Shown: piece by piece, positions 48,889 to 62,206 of the stretch
Numbering within the stretch: position 1 is the stretch's first letter
Layout of the letters: every line of letters starts with the position of its first letter
Source: Phoronis australis
Taxonomy: Eukaryota > Animalia > Phoronida
NCBI GenBank assembly: GCA_002633005.1
Contig: NMRA01000071.1
Location: 823,463 to 887,462 of the forward strand
Reading direction: 5' to 3'
DNA length: 64,000 nt
Notes under the pieces: generated by a model
What the model saw: only the letters and a program-made list of their open reading frames with translations
Told to the model about the DNA's origin: nothing
Database searches by the model: none
Made by a program: the position numbers and the translations under genes

Positions 48889-49143
48889 CATGCGCGCACN
48901 GGGGGGCTCGGGGGCTCGAATGATCCCCGCATTTGGCAAAGTAGGCAAAAAGGTCCGCCTCAGAGAAACAAAAAGTCTGAGAAAACGAGACAAAAGCCCA
49001 ATAAAAAGGCGCAAACGCATATCTCACAGTTTCGAAAGTGGCACCCCGTTTTTTTATTTTTTAGTCCTCCCGCTTTTTTTCAGCAAAAGGTTCACGTCGT
49101 CAGAAATTTGAGCCCCACATATTAAAGGCTGGGTGCGCGCATG
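48889..49143. mobile_element. Short MITE with CATGCGCGCAC terminal inverted repeats
   Basis: catgcgcgcac...gtgcgcgcatg with CTATA directly flanking both sides (possible 5-bp TSD). Confidence 0.65.
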
Positions 49144-49321
49144 CTATATGGCTCTGTAAGCTGGCAGTCATACAATGCGCTTGTCACTTTTGTAAATTTC
49201 ATTAAAAAAGTGCTAGCTTTTACAACGTTATAACTTTGTTTTCGCAAAAACCTTATTTAAGATTGCGGTAGTCTTTGATTAAAGCTAGTAACTTGAAAAA
49301 TCCTTCGAACAAAAATAAATT

Positions 49322-51560
49322 TTAGGCCTTAGGGACAATCTTGATGTATGCGTTGAATGTAGGCTCAATGGATCTCAGTGCTTTATTTGTATTTGCAATC
49401 ATGTTGGAAAAAGCAAAGACAACTTGTTTGGGTGTAGATGCAGTTTTCGCCAAGATGACTGCCCCATGTTGCGTTTGTGGATTGATGGGTAGCGGCTGAA
49501 AAATCAGAAGTGGTTTCGGGAAGTCCTCAAACAAGCCATCATTGCAAAGTTGATCGACAGCCCTTTTGGATCACAATTTTGGAATCTGAAGCAACATTTT
49601 CTTTCGCAATTTAGTGTTGGCTTATATCCTGAATCGGTAGGAAAATGGTAGCTTTGAGACGAAAAGTGCCAATTTTGTGTTTGTTGACTATTTTTCTTGC
49701 CTAGCTTGCTTTCGAATAGGAGTGAAAGGGCCGAAAACACAAGACAGAATAAAGTTTCTTTGCTCATTGGTACGGTTTGTGATGTGCAATGACTCAAAAA
49801 TTTTCATTCTTTGCATACGGTTTTCTACAGTGCGAAGAAAACGTGATAAAACCATCAATGCGTCTTCTGTTAAGTAAAACCTAGTGAGAACTGCTCTGCG
49901 TCTCGTAAATGACACTTTGTGGAGCCACCTTTTGAAGTTAGGGGGTACCAACTGCTATTTGACCGGCAGGGCAACAAACTACATGTAACTGCACGGTGGA
50001 AATGTAGAATTAAGTGTTGTATTAATGGAAATTCGAGGACCCTAGAATTTTGTTATGAGTTTACTCAAGTACGTTTTTATATTGATATGAGCTTTGTCAT
50101 TAATGTCAAAGATTGCATTAGGAAACCAGATTGTTCAGAGTTATTTTGGAGCTTTGCAATTCTTTTCTATATCAACAGGTGTGGCCGTACGCCTTTGACA
50201 TCACAAAATTTGATCAAAGTCCCCAATGTGTTGCACAGAGCAATTAACACACTTGCGATGTCTTCACAGCATTGAAACACTGACTGAAATAGATTGAACA
50301 AACAAGGAAAGAAACTGGTAAATTTTAAACGTCTTTGGCCTCTGAAATTGATTTCCTCATAAAAAGCGTCTTTCCTTTCTGGGAAAAATTTGGCCGAAAC
50401 GCGGCTATAGGTTCGTATTTGTTGACAACAGTTTTGAGTCAATGCATGTTTACAATAATGTATTCATTCAGCGTGAAAGATCATTAGCGTTTGTATCCTG
50501 ACGTCGGACAAAAGAACGAACCGAGTACTTAACAAAAAGGTTGATTGATATCAGGCCTCTGAAAACCGGTGTCGTCTGGAACATGGACTGAACGGGAGCT
50601 ATAGTTGTTAGGTCATTTCGTTTAAAATGGCACTTTACGAATCTTGATCATCTAAACAATCCAAATAACTTTACTTCCGAGGGTGATCAGAGATCTTGTA
50701 AACTGGCTATCAAAAAGAAGGCTTTTATGTTTTTTTTTTTAAAAGTAGTTTATGTACCCCTGCATTTGAGTCCATATACATGTACGCCTCTGATTCTGTG
50801 GCATAGTGACTAAGTGTCTAAGTTCTACTTTTTCTTTTTCGGCAGTATTTACAAATTTGCCATCTCTTATATGAGCAACAAACGGCAAGCATGAATAATA
50901 ATACCTGATTAGTAAATGCTTGTAATGTCCTGGTGCAGTGCTTAATTGTTTCGGTAGCAAATACAAATTGATCAACTCATCTCGTTCCGATTCACTACAG
51001 TAAAGATGTAGTCTGAGAATGGCCATTATGGTGATGACTACAAGTAAATGATGCTCACTGTCAGAGTTCAATATCCCTCTAGATTTTATCTCAGCTACTA
51101 TGTCCCAAATGTTATCGCTGTCCAAACCAAATAACGGTTTGAAAAGAATTATAACCAAAGATGGTAAACTCATCATCTCCTTCTTTATGTCATGAACCAT
51201 TTCTTCCTTTGTGTTTAATTCACCCTCGGGCAAAAATTCTTTCCCCAGATTACGAATATCCTGAATAAACTTTAGATGCCCATCTTTGCCATTTTGACGC
51301 TCTGCTCTTAGTGATCTGAATGCTTGGTCGATTCTTCAAGTTTGTCAATCATTTCGCGATCAATATAGCACATTAATGCGGTTTTGCATAACGCCGAGGC
51401 TGTAACAAAATGCTGAGAAAAACCTCCTTTCAATAAACCTCACCTCTTGTAAATATTACCTGGTTCTTTAAGAATCTCACCACCTGGTCTTGACCTTCTG
51501 TCTCTTTAAGATAGTTGCTTCAGTTCCGACACTAATTGTTCTTCGTCGTCGTTAAGTTTT
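49322..51560 (-). pseudogene. Decayed DUF294/GlnD-like nucleotidyltransferase-associated domain followed by TPR-like segments
   Basis: ORF 50739-51233 (DIKKEMMSLPSL...IWDIVAEIKSRGILNSDSEHHLLVVITIMAILRLHLY) resembles the substrate-binding region of NTase-TPR proteins as I recall them from amphioxus-type proteomes. Downstream fragments (EDIASVLIALCNTLG) look TPR-like. Frameshifts and stops throughout. Confidence 0.5.
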
Positions 51561-54500
51561 GCTAAAAATAAATAAATACGTTATGCAGAACTTTAACCAC
51601 ATGTGTCATACTTTCATTTCAATCACTTGCTGAATGTTCTTCTTTCATTGGCGAAATGTAACTTGGCTCAATCTATAATGAAAGACCTCCCAAACATTAC
51701 ACTAGACAGAAGTAGCTTGATGATTGTTTATCAGCAGTACCTTCACTTATACCTGTATAAATATTTGAGTACGCAAACGGCTTTTACGATATACAACCAA
51801 ATTACATGCTCTGTATGTCCATACGTTTTTAAGGTGCAAATCGTATTCAAGCGTCTTGTGTCTTATTTTTAGGTACTTTAATGCACTCCGAAATTCAGTG
51901 TCTCTTATAAGGATGCTTGGAGCAGTAAAATATTGTTTTGATCAGTTTTACGGAATTTAAACAATTCAAGAGATCCGACTCGCACCTGAAGGATGGCTGG
52001 TAAGACAAAAGTCCACGAAAACCCACAAAACTATTGGTCATCAAAATTTCAGTAACTTCTTCATCGATAGTCACACTCTGCTGGCAAAGCGACGAACGTC
52101 CATGACATGCATGTTATTTAATGGGCATGGTAATGGCGTAAAACTAACCAGAGTGTGCCAAGAACAGCAAGAGTATTAAACCGGGATTTCAGAGCTTTTA
52201 GGGAATGGAAAGGTAAAAAAAATTCTTTGGTGCCACAGTGCTATATGGGTATCCTGATGCTGAGAAATGGTCGTCTGGCAGGTTTGCTCTGGTGGGTGTG
52301 GTCAGGGGAGCCAAGACAATGACACTCACAAATTGAGCTAGATCAACTTTTCTGGTAACCACTTCAAACTGCCTTGGATACCTACTACGTAATCCACTGT
52401 AACCAAATTGGTCACTGTCAGACAATTTCAGCGGTAGGGAGTATCAGCCAGACGGTTATAAACAAGGTAAAAAATTGAGCTAGATCAATCCAATAGGTAA
52501 CCGCGTGAAACCAGTTGCAAAATCTTCACCGTGAGCTCAGGTATCACTAAGGAATACTGCCATACAAATCTAGTGGTGGGTTAGCCCCGCCAGACACGCC
52601 CAAATACCCGAGTTGAGACAGTGACCACTGTATCCAGCTGGCCAGCACTACTAGAAACGGTAGTCAGGTTTAATGTGCATGCAAAATTGCCAGCATATCT
52701 TAAAATGAGTAGGCACTTGCATGAAGTAGCAATACAGCTGAATTATCAACCATCACACACGGCTAAATCACAATCAAGGTCCCTATTCGAGAGTTGACTG
52801 TGTTACGATAAAAAATAAATTTTTGGTCACTTACCAAATGACAGCTGAGTCTCATTGTGCAAACAGTTATTTACTTGTCCAAATTAAAAAAATCATCAAA
52901 ATCGGACAATGTTTGAGAAATTTATGCATGTTTTTGTCTATGAATTCCATGCATTTTTGGCGTTACGAGTGGCCATTTCAAAAAATAACAAGGAGCATTT
53001 TTAAGAAGCGTATGAACGTGAATCAGCCACAAAATCTGAGTGTCCTGCACAGATATTACTCAACCACAGGCACCTTTAATCAGCCCTCAACTGTAAAAAA
53101 GTAAGAGAGCGGTATACAACTGCTATTCAATATGTCCGCCTGCCGGGCACTTCCGGACTAACTCCAAACATGTCAAATCTGAGATTAATTTAACTCAAAC
53201 ATTTTATCTGCGACAGTAACACCTTCAATACTTACGTTTGTTGACATCGAAGCCAATAAATACCATAAATACCTCCAGATTTTCCTAATTAAATCGACAA
53301 CATTCACGGCAAAGCGTAGATCTCGAAATGCGCAATTTGGCATCAACTAGTGCGCATGCTCATAAGGCCCCTCGCAACATCTTCAGAACTGTAGTAAATA
53401 TCGACGTCAGTCTCAGCTGTGGCGTCTCTATGTTGTGATGTCCTTTTCGGTACAATGTGTGGTCTTGGCTTGGTGCGACATTTGACGCCAGAAGAGCCCA
53501 GCAGAGGTCACCCTGTCATCACGTGACCTGTCACCTCTCAAGACAACGTGAGAAGATCGTTTGGGTATTCTGGAGTTTGCTGCCGTCCTGTGCGGACGTG
53601 ATGTAAGTACACTCTAGGCTTTACTCTTTCACCATGTTAATATAGGCCGAACCTGTGTGTCAGCTTGGCCCGCCGACCCGATTAAAACAACAGAACGCTT
53701 ACATCAACTAAAAACAGCAACAGTAAAGGCAGAGTAAAGTGATGGAGTAGTTCACTCTACAATGTTATTGTTTGCACTCAAATCCAATACAACAACCAAA
53801 TACAATAATTAATTCACATACAAGCATAATGATTTGGACAAATGGAAGCAAATTGGAAGGTCCCTTTGAAATGTTAACCTATTTTTCTTGTAACCAATCA
53901 GCGTGTCCCTGGAGTAAGTTGACGTTCAAACCAAAGACGATTTCATACCAAGTTATTCTTGGCAGCCTAAAAATTCTCCCTAAAGGTGTCAACCGTTTTG
54001 TGTTTATTGACACCAGGCAATTACGTCATCATTTGTGCCTACGTAATCTCTCACCCAGGGTCAGTTATGAACGCTCAATGTGTGACATAGTAATATGGAT
54101 ATGTCAGGCAGGATCATGGACCCTAAAATCTTGATTATCAATAATTGGTTCTTCTTGAAACCATTGTAAGGATGTTACATAGGCATTTGTTTCAATAGTG
54201 TAGATTATGTAACTTGGGGCAAAATTTTAGAGCAAAATGAAGGTTTTAAATTAAATACTGTTTGCGCAAGTTAACATTTAAATTCGTAAATAATTTCTGC
54301 ACTCCCTTAATTAGGTATAACGGCGCAAATTAATTACCTACGGTGCAAATTAACTTTAACGGCGTAAATCAATTCTTGTTTCTGGCGTATATATGAAAAC
54401 TACTCCTTGTTAGTGGAGTAAATTAATTATTTGCGGTGTAAATTAATTATTTTGCGGCGTAATTTAATATTTAAAGATGTTGTTTTATTCTTGTTAGTGT

Positions 54501-55534
54501 CGTAAAATAATTATTTTTCGTGGCAAATTATTTTTTAAGAAAAAATCAATTATTTTCGGTTTAAATTACTTTAAAGGGCGGAAATTAATTGGTTTCGGCG
54601 TAAATAAAGTATTTTCACCGTAAATTACAGTTAATTTACAAACGTAATTTACGTGCATATTGTTCACACATTTGGCCAACCATACGTTTCCGTTTTTTCA
54701 ACGATATTAAACTGAAAGCACATTTTTCCTTTAATTGCTCGCTCAACTTCTTTTTAAATTTAATGACAGAGATTTTATGACATACTGTACACCTGTTTGT
54801 ATCCTTTCCTTAACACAGCGGCCATTATCCAGACGCTAAAGGTCTGGCTCATTTCAGGCGGCAGAAAATCAAGTTCATTGAACTCTAAAACAGCACTTGT
54901 CACTGTGATGTCACCATCAGTCTTCACTCCAGCGTTAGCCTATCACAGTCATAGTTTGTGAAATAACAGGTGTATTCAGTTGGTTGAAGCTACACTTGTG
55001 GCTCCAACACATTGTCGTTCCAAGATCGTGCGGAGTTTGCATTGGTCTATACACGGTACAGTCGCAGCGCTACATTTGCCTGGTGTGATACTGCAGATTT
55101 TTTGCACGAGGGGTTTATTCGAAATTGAGTCGTATTTAATTATCCTTATCACCGTTAGATGTCGTATTGTAGCAGCATTTGAATGTCTGGCGGGCGTTTA
55201 ATAGCCATTTTTTAACTCTGCGTTGAGTTGCTGAATCAACGTTCAGTCTTCAGCAGATTATTTTGGAGTCTCAAGGGATCATATCGACGCAAGATCACGT
55301 TGATATGTATCTCATACGATATTGTACTGACGTATGGATGATAGCTGTCCTCGTTTATTGTTCGCCTATAACCTATACATGTACATGTATGTAGGCAATT
55401 TTCCTTTAAAAATGTAGCATTTTCTTCATTAAAGCTCTATAGAACTGAAAGAGTAAAATATCTGATTCATTGGCGGTAAATGCGACGTTGTCCAAAACGA
55501 ACTCAGTCTGGTTAAACCTCAAGAGTGTAATTTA

Positions 55535-56576
55535 TACCCCCGTCGCACCAGAGGCGCGGTGCCACTACAGTTTTTGGTAAAAACCGCCATCACCGTAGTG
55601 ACACCGCCAGTAAAGTTTCAAAGTTTTCCCCTAGCAGTCACACACGTGTGTTTCTTTACTCCACGGGATGCCGTAAGGTCACCAGTCTACGTTTTCGGTG
55701 ATTGCACGGCTGTTGTACTTTGGAAGCACAACGGTGATCGGGAGGAGCTACTGCGGTCTATGTACGGTGCCACAGCGGTCACGACGGTGTCGTGGCGATC
55801 CCACAGTGGATTGGCCCAACGCGTGGTGGCACTGCGGAAGTTTTGAGAATGTTCAACGTTTCCACCGTGCCACCGCGAAGGTCCATGGTTTTTCAGTTTT
55901 CCGATGTGCTACGGCGACCAATGGGGGAACCAGGGCAGAACCACGGCGATCATGGCGGTGCCTCTGCGGCTCATTACATTGTTCTGTCGTTCAGTAACTT
56001 TTCCAGACGTAAGGGGTGCTGAACGTGCGATAACATCTGGCTCTTTTGTTAAGTGCCCAACTCAGTCTTTTGTCCCGTATGATAACAAGCAGGCCAATTA
56101 TCTCCCAGGCTTCAAAGCAAACGTATGGAGGTTGCACGCTAACGAACGCGTATGAACACAGTCAAACCCAGTGCGTCCGTTTGGACAGAATAGATTGTCT
56201 TAACTTCTGTTGTAATTGGGCGATTTTCGTGATTCAAAAACGGAACATGATCAGCATTTGACGAGGAATTCATAAATGCTATTGGTTGAAGCTCAAATAT
56301 GTTATAACTTAACTTTCATTTTTTCAGCCCAGCCAAGTCAGTCTAGATACGATCTGATCGGAGATTAGAGCAATTATCGAATAAAAGAGAGCAGCCTCTC
56401 CAACCATAAATGCCAGAATGGAGTTAATCAGTCGTGTAAGATATTGGCTACGGGGGTAAACTTCCCAACTTGTTGTTGGGCAATAGAATCGAACAAGTTG
56501 GGAGCAACGGGATGTCGCCGTCATGTATGCCGCACAAGTACCGCAGTGGCACCGCACCTCCGGTGTGACGGGGGTA
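55535..56576. mobile_element. PIF/Harbinger-type MITE with TTA target-site duplication, containing a nested MITE
   Basis: TIRs TACCCCCGTCGCACCAGAGGCGCGGTGCCACT / AGTGGCACCGCACCTCCGGTGTGACGGGGGTA, flanked by TTA at 55532-34 and 56577-79. Confidence 0.8.
55975..56527. mobile_element. ~550-bp dispersed repeat (copy 4) nested in the Harbinger MITE
   Basis: Reverse complement of 37130-37638; ends in cgccgtcatgta. Confidence 0.7.
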
Positions 56577-58568
56577 TTATCGAGAAATCAGGGTTTGGGG
56601 AGAGATCGAACAACTCTTGGGCGTTTTGAAATAACAACTCAGACTTATACATGTACCAGTACAAAACGTCTTCGTTATATTTTCTGGATCATTTGTACCA
56701 GACGTGCACATGTCTGACCGTTGAATACAAAATTTGACTGAGGAACTCGTGCATGTATGTGGTGACAGTTTGACAAAAACACTTATCTTGCTGTAAATAT
56801 GCAATACACTCTTCTGTTCACCATTTGCTCAGTGATTCCCATTTCAGCTCATGGGTTTTTGTAACTGTTATACATGTGCACTCACTAAACCGAAGTAAAT
56901 GTATGCACTTGTTTCGCAGAAATTACTGATACTTTTCGGAACGTTTACGATGAATTTGTAACATCTGAGGGTTCAACACACTGACAAAAAGTCGGAACGC
57001 ATTCGTTGTTTTACGACATTAGCTAAATTATCAAAATTTAAATATGATTTTTCGTTTCATATAATGATATAGATGTATGTATAATGTGAAAACATGTTGA
57101 GTTTGCGTTGAGTTTTTTCTTTTGACGATCATTACATGTACTTGCGCGAGACGTAAATTTTTGCAGTGACGCCATACGAGGTAACTGTCGAACCCAAGTG
57201 TAGATGTTTAATGTGAGTTAATTCAAACAACAATTTTGAAACATTAAAAAGGAAACTTGCTGTCTGAGACTATTTCAAAATCTCAGCAAAATAACGTGAA
57301 GTGCTGCGAGGTAATCGTGACGTTGAAATTGGCGGGCTTTTAGATACAGTGAAGTCAAATTGCGTAATATAAAGATTGCTTAAAATCTATTTCAGTAACT
57401 TCCTAATTACCCATTAAGGCGATTTTCATCCAACTAAAAACTGAAAGGTATGACATTTTGAGTAGAAGCCACAATACTGACATTCAACACAAAAACGTTT
57501 ACTTACGTCCACGCAAGAAAATCAGTAAAGTTGAAAATATGATTAAAGCCGTTGAATCATAGACCTGACATCGTTAAACGAAAGCAATTCGATTTCGATG
57601 TGACTGTTCAGTAATCCTTGTACATTTCACAGTTTTAATGTTTCCACGGCGGTAACAGCACAACAAGTTGGTTAACTACACATTATTTGAATAAGAGTAG
57701 CGAGTCATATGGCTAAGTGTTTGGTTCCTTTACTTTTAAGGTCGCGGCGAACTGCTCAACCATCGAGTCAGGTCTCAAGCTGACCAGCTCGGTATCAACT
57801 ATATTATCAGTTAAGCACGAACATTGCTGCAGGTGATCAGTGCAATGGACCCACGTGAACGGTTTGCGCACACCTGATACAACGTGGACTAGACCGCCGG
57901 CAAAGACCTAAATACAAAAGAAGAATGTATAAAATTAGAGATAAAATAAACCTTTGTCAAGCTCTCTTAAGATGAAAACGTTTGCGATTACATGACAGTC
58001 TGTAGTAGTAAATGGTAGAGAGAAACAATGACTCTTACAAAATGACCGTAGGACATCGAATGTCCGCCTTAGTAAAAAATGTCCTAGTTTTATATACCTT
58101 GCTTATAAAATCCATGTTCTTTTTAAATTGATCTGGGTACTAAAGCAGATTGGCCAATATCGAAAATGTCCATTCTTCTATCTGAAATTGGACCTCAGCG
58201 ATGTCCCTGTTGTCGACTTGTTTTGTAAAAAATCAAAGCTTAACTCCCGCACCAATCATGGCTAGTTTTAAATTGACGTTATAAAATCTGATTTTGATTA
58301 AACATGCACTTGTTTATTGTACATAGAGTTATCCCCATATCCGTGCTACATGTACAGTTGTACGCGAGCTAACGCCTATAACGGGAAACATTAATCCGAT
58401 GAGCGATGATTAATATGTTCGTCATTATCAGAGAAGCGCACGCGCGCAAACATTTTAATCCCTTCTTTATAGCTATTCCCCCAGACCTACCAGCTAAAAT
58501 AATACTACGAAGACACTTGAACCACAGCAGTGCGCAACGTCCTTTGAACGACACTGAGAGTGTGGATC

Positions 58569-59775
58569 ATGCCGATCGGAATATTTCCCAAGTCGTTTTC
58601 AACCAAGAGAGTGAACGTGGCAAGCGGACCACCGAACAACAGAGTTTCGCCTGATTTGCCGTTAACGGAAAACGACGAACTGGGCAAAACCGGTAAAATC
58701 CAGGACGATGCTGGAAACGAAACGAGCCAAAATGACCCAATGACAAACAATGACTTGAGAGCAGTTTCACCGATGCCTGAACCTCTTAAAAACCCTTACA
58801 ACCCGTTCAAAAGAAGTCCTACGTCATCGGCCCGTTCACGAGACAAGGACATGAACAACACAGCTAAAGACAGAGGGATGCCCACTGAAAAACTAGCTCT
58901 GAACGTGTCGTTGAATCCATTTAAGAGAAACTCCTCATTGAATACACGCGAGACTAACGTAGACAGCAATGTGAAAAGAGACAACGAAACTTCGGCACCA
59001 GCCAAGAATGACAAAACAACGGCATCGTCAGTGAATCCTGTAAATGAAAAGGAATCCGTGACCCCGGGAACAAAGAAGCCGATGACAAACAATCCACCCT
59101 TAAGTCAATTAAATACAGTTTCACAACCGTTGTCAGTCAAATCTAGCATTATACAAGTTACCAGTGCCGCAGGAAACGGTAAACCACAGTCGTATGCGGA
59201 CAAGAACAACCCCAAGAGTCTGGCTGTGAACGGCACTTCGCCGCGGAAGTCGATTGACAATACTCCTCCGGCAGAATTGGATGACATTCAAGTTCAGACC
59301 CGCCTGCACGGCCGCCGCGCTACCATAGTTGACAACGAAGCACTTCTGAAGTCAGAGCAGCTCACCTTCCGAAGAGCTCTTGAAAACTTTGTCGGAAATA
59401 CGTCTATCAGTGGCTTGCCTCAGATCCTGACTTCACGTTACAAGTTTACTCGAACGCTGTGGACAATCGCTCTACTGGCCTGCCTTGCTGTATTTCTTGT
59501 AAATGCCATTGTATTGATAACTAGATACTACGAGTTTCCGGTGGAAACCAAGGTCACTGTGACCTTCAGTATTTCGTCCGAATTCCCTAGCGTCACGTTA
59601 TGCAATTTGAATCCCGTGCGCCTGTCCCAGATCAGGAAGAACGCCCGATTTTCGACCGCGCTGCAGAAGACGATGCCGGAGCTTGCGGCTGAAGTTCAAA
59701 AGAGCGTGGAGAAGGTGAAGCAGACGTTGGGAGAAGAGTTGTATCAGCAGTTAGAGAACAAGGCGCAGAAGTACA
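58569..59775 (+). CDS. Degenerin/ENaC (ASIC-like) sodium channel, first large coding exon; later exons not identified in window
   Basis: FVGNTSISGLPQI, TM1 (RTLWTIALLACLAVFLVNAIVLITRYYEFPV) and the family signature FPSVTLCNLNP. Donor AAGTACA|gtgagt at 59775/6. Start codon uncertain (ATG at 58569 or later). Confidence 0.88.
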
Positions 59776-59966
59776 GTGAGTAGACACATGTAATACACTA
59801 GCAATAATATGAAGTACAGTGAGTAGACACATGTAATACACTAACAGTAAGTGAAGTAGAGTGAGTAGACACATGCAATACACTAACAGTAAGTGAAGTA
59901 GAGTGAGTAGACATATGTAATACACTAACAGTTATGTGAAGTACAGTGAGTAGACACATGTAATAC
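59768..59966 (+). repeat. 42-43-bp minisatellite built from the DEG/ENaC exon donor
   Basis: gaagta(c/g)a|gtgagtagacacatgtaatacacta... starting at 59768, 59811, 59853, 59895 and 59938. Confidence 0.95.
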
Positions 59967-62206
59967 AACACTGTGAGCAACGTGATAATGGGTATAAATA
60001 ACATTAATTATCGTTCTAAAGAAGTTCATTATGTACCCTTCTCCTGCAGTGTAAAAATCGAGAAATTTCCACTGTCATGATCTAATCTACAATTACACTC
60101 GATTAAACTTGTTAAACAAGCTTTTTGTGTTGGTGCACAATACAGTGGTTAAGCTGGTCAGAGCTTACAGTCACACAAACGAATCAACAAGGGAAAGTGA
60201 AATCTAATTTCTCTGAAAATTAACCGTTTTTCTCCATTCGAAGTTTTTTGATCAGGCAGTCAGGCTAGTCATTCCACAGCGCGGTTGTGGATTGTGACTA
60301 TGGATTGTGACCATAGATATGTTTAGATTTGTCATTCGTTATCAGTCTGCATCGTCAAAAAGTGACACCGTGTCAAAAGGCATCGAAACAACCATAAGTG
60401 ACACATACACTATCATTTCTTCCATTGCACGTTAACGATGGACCAACGGTTACAACTAATCCACGCAGCAATTCAAAGGGCCACTTGTACCGCGTGAAAA
60501 GTTTACATTGGCCACACAATACAAGAGTAGGATCGTCAACTACACATTCGGTTACATAAAAATAATGTCTTTCTTGGTTTTCGGGAATTAAATCTTTTTT
60601 GAACGGAAAAAACACGCAGAGTTAGTTCCTCCTACATTCTATAAGTACTGCAATAGTAAGATTGAAGTCACAGCTTATCAAATAAAATGAACGCTTAGAC
60701 CTATTGGCTAACTTCCATGTAAGTCACTGAAAATATTCTCAGGTACACTAACTCAAATGGCTGCAGACAACACTCGCGCAAATTTTTGTTCCAGTTAATA
60801 TACACGTATTGTATTCTGAAACATCCGTCATACGTATTTAACATGTTATTACCTTGAACATGGCGAACATTCAAAATCAATGCTTTGTCCAAAATTACTT
60901 CTAATTGGCTGTTCTTTGTCTGCTGCTTTCTCGCAATGACGTAATATTGCGCGAAAAGACTTTTTAAAATGTTTATTATGAAGTATTTAGTACTATAATA
61001 TACATGGACATGCCCAGAAAGCGCTAAGAGGCTTTGTATCTGGGTTAAATAAATAAATACAAAAAATCTATATACGATTATTACCTACAAATTCATAAAT
61101 TAAAAAACTGGTGTTAAGATTACAATGACATATAATTACGAATGTAAATGAATCATTTTCATACACAAGTAATTTTACATAAATACAATACATGTATATT
61201 GACTCACACAAAGACATTTAATATTAGAAGGAAATTTTGATACCATTTCGACTAAAACCTTATTTTCATTTTGGTCGAGGTCTTTACATCTATTTAGAAA
61301 ACAATTAAATTTGTTAAACATTTGAAGAATATCTGAATATTTTTGTAAACATTGGCGCCAAACGACTCGTCACGTACTAGGTGAGGAGTCTGTGTCCAGT
61401 GCTGAATCTGCTTTTTCTCTTGGTACTAAAGCATTACTGGGCTTCTCTGGGGCCTGTTTCCTGGAAAGTAGCTCATCAAATATGACTTAAGACAGACATT
61501 TGGCTTACGGTCCCACTTCATACGTACTGAGAAAGGTTTAGCTTTGTAATTCCGAAAAGGTTTACCAAAGTCATTTTTAAAACACCACTGTCTAGAAAGA
61601 AATGATAGATATGTGAGTATAATAACGGTTGGTCGTACATTCTCAAGGACTAAGCACTTCTGCTCAAGTGGGCTTCAATTGTTTTTCTGAAACAAATGTG
61701 TGGATCGTAAGGCCGCATTATTATATGTATAAGTTGGAGAACCGATTCAGTGGTGACAGAAAACGACAACCAATGCGCTAGCATAAAAATAACACGTTAT
61801 GAAAATAACATAAAACGTAAGGACGCTGTACAATCAATCCTGTTAGGCATACATACGCACAAAGCGATAGATTTATGGTTGGACAATAAACGTTTTGATG
61901 CCTAGTTCATTAATCTGTAACTGTTGCCTGGCCTTCCTTGTTCCTGTCACGTGATTTACATGTTAATGCTGATGCATGAGTTATGTGTCATGTTTATGAA
62001 AATCCATGTTTGAAGCAAAAGTTATTTTGCAACAAACTGCATGTCTCCGTTTATAACGTGTTGTGTACTCAGCCAAGATGTAACACATTGTTTTTTGTGT
62101 AATTTTTAGATTGTAATCATCATTATTATACCCCAGTATTAGCCTCGAATGGCAGATACAACCGTGTAATAACCCATAAAGTTATCTCACTAGTGAGATA
62201 ACATTT

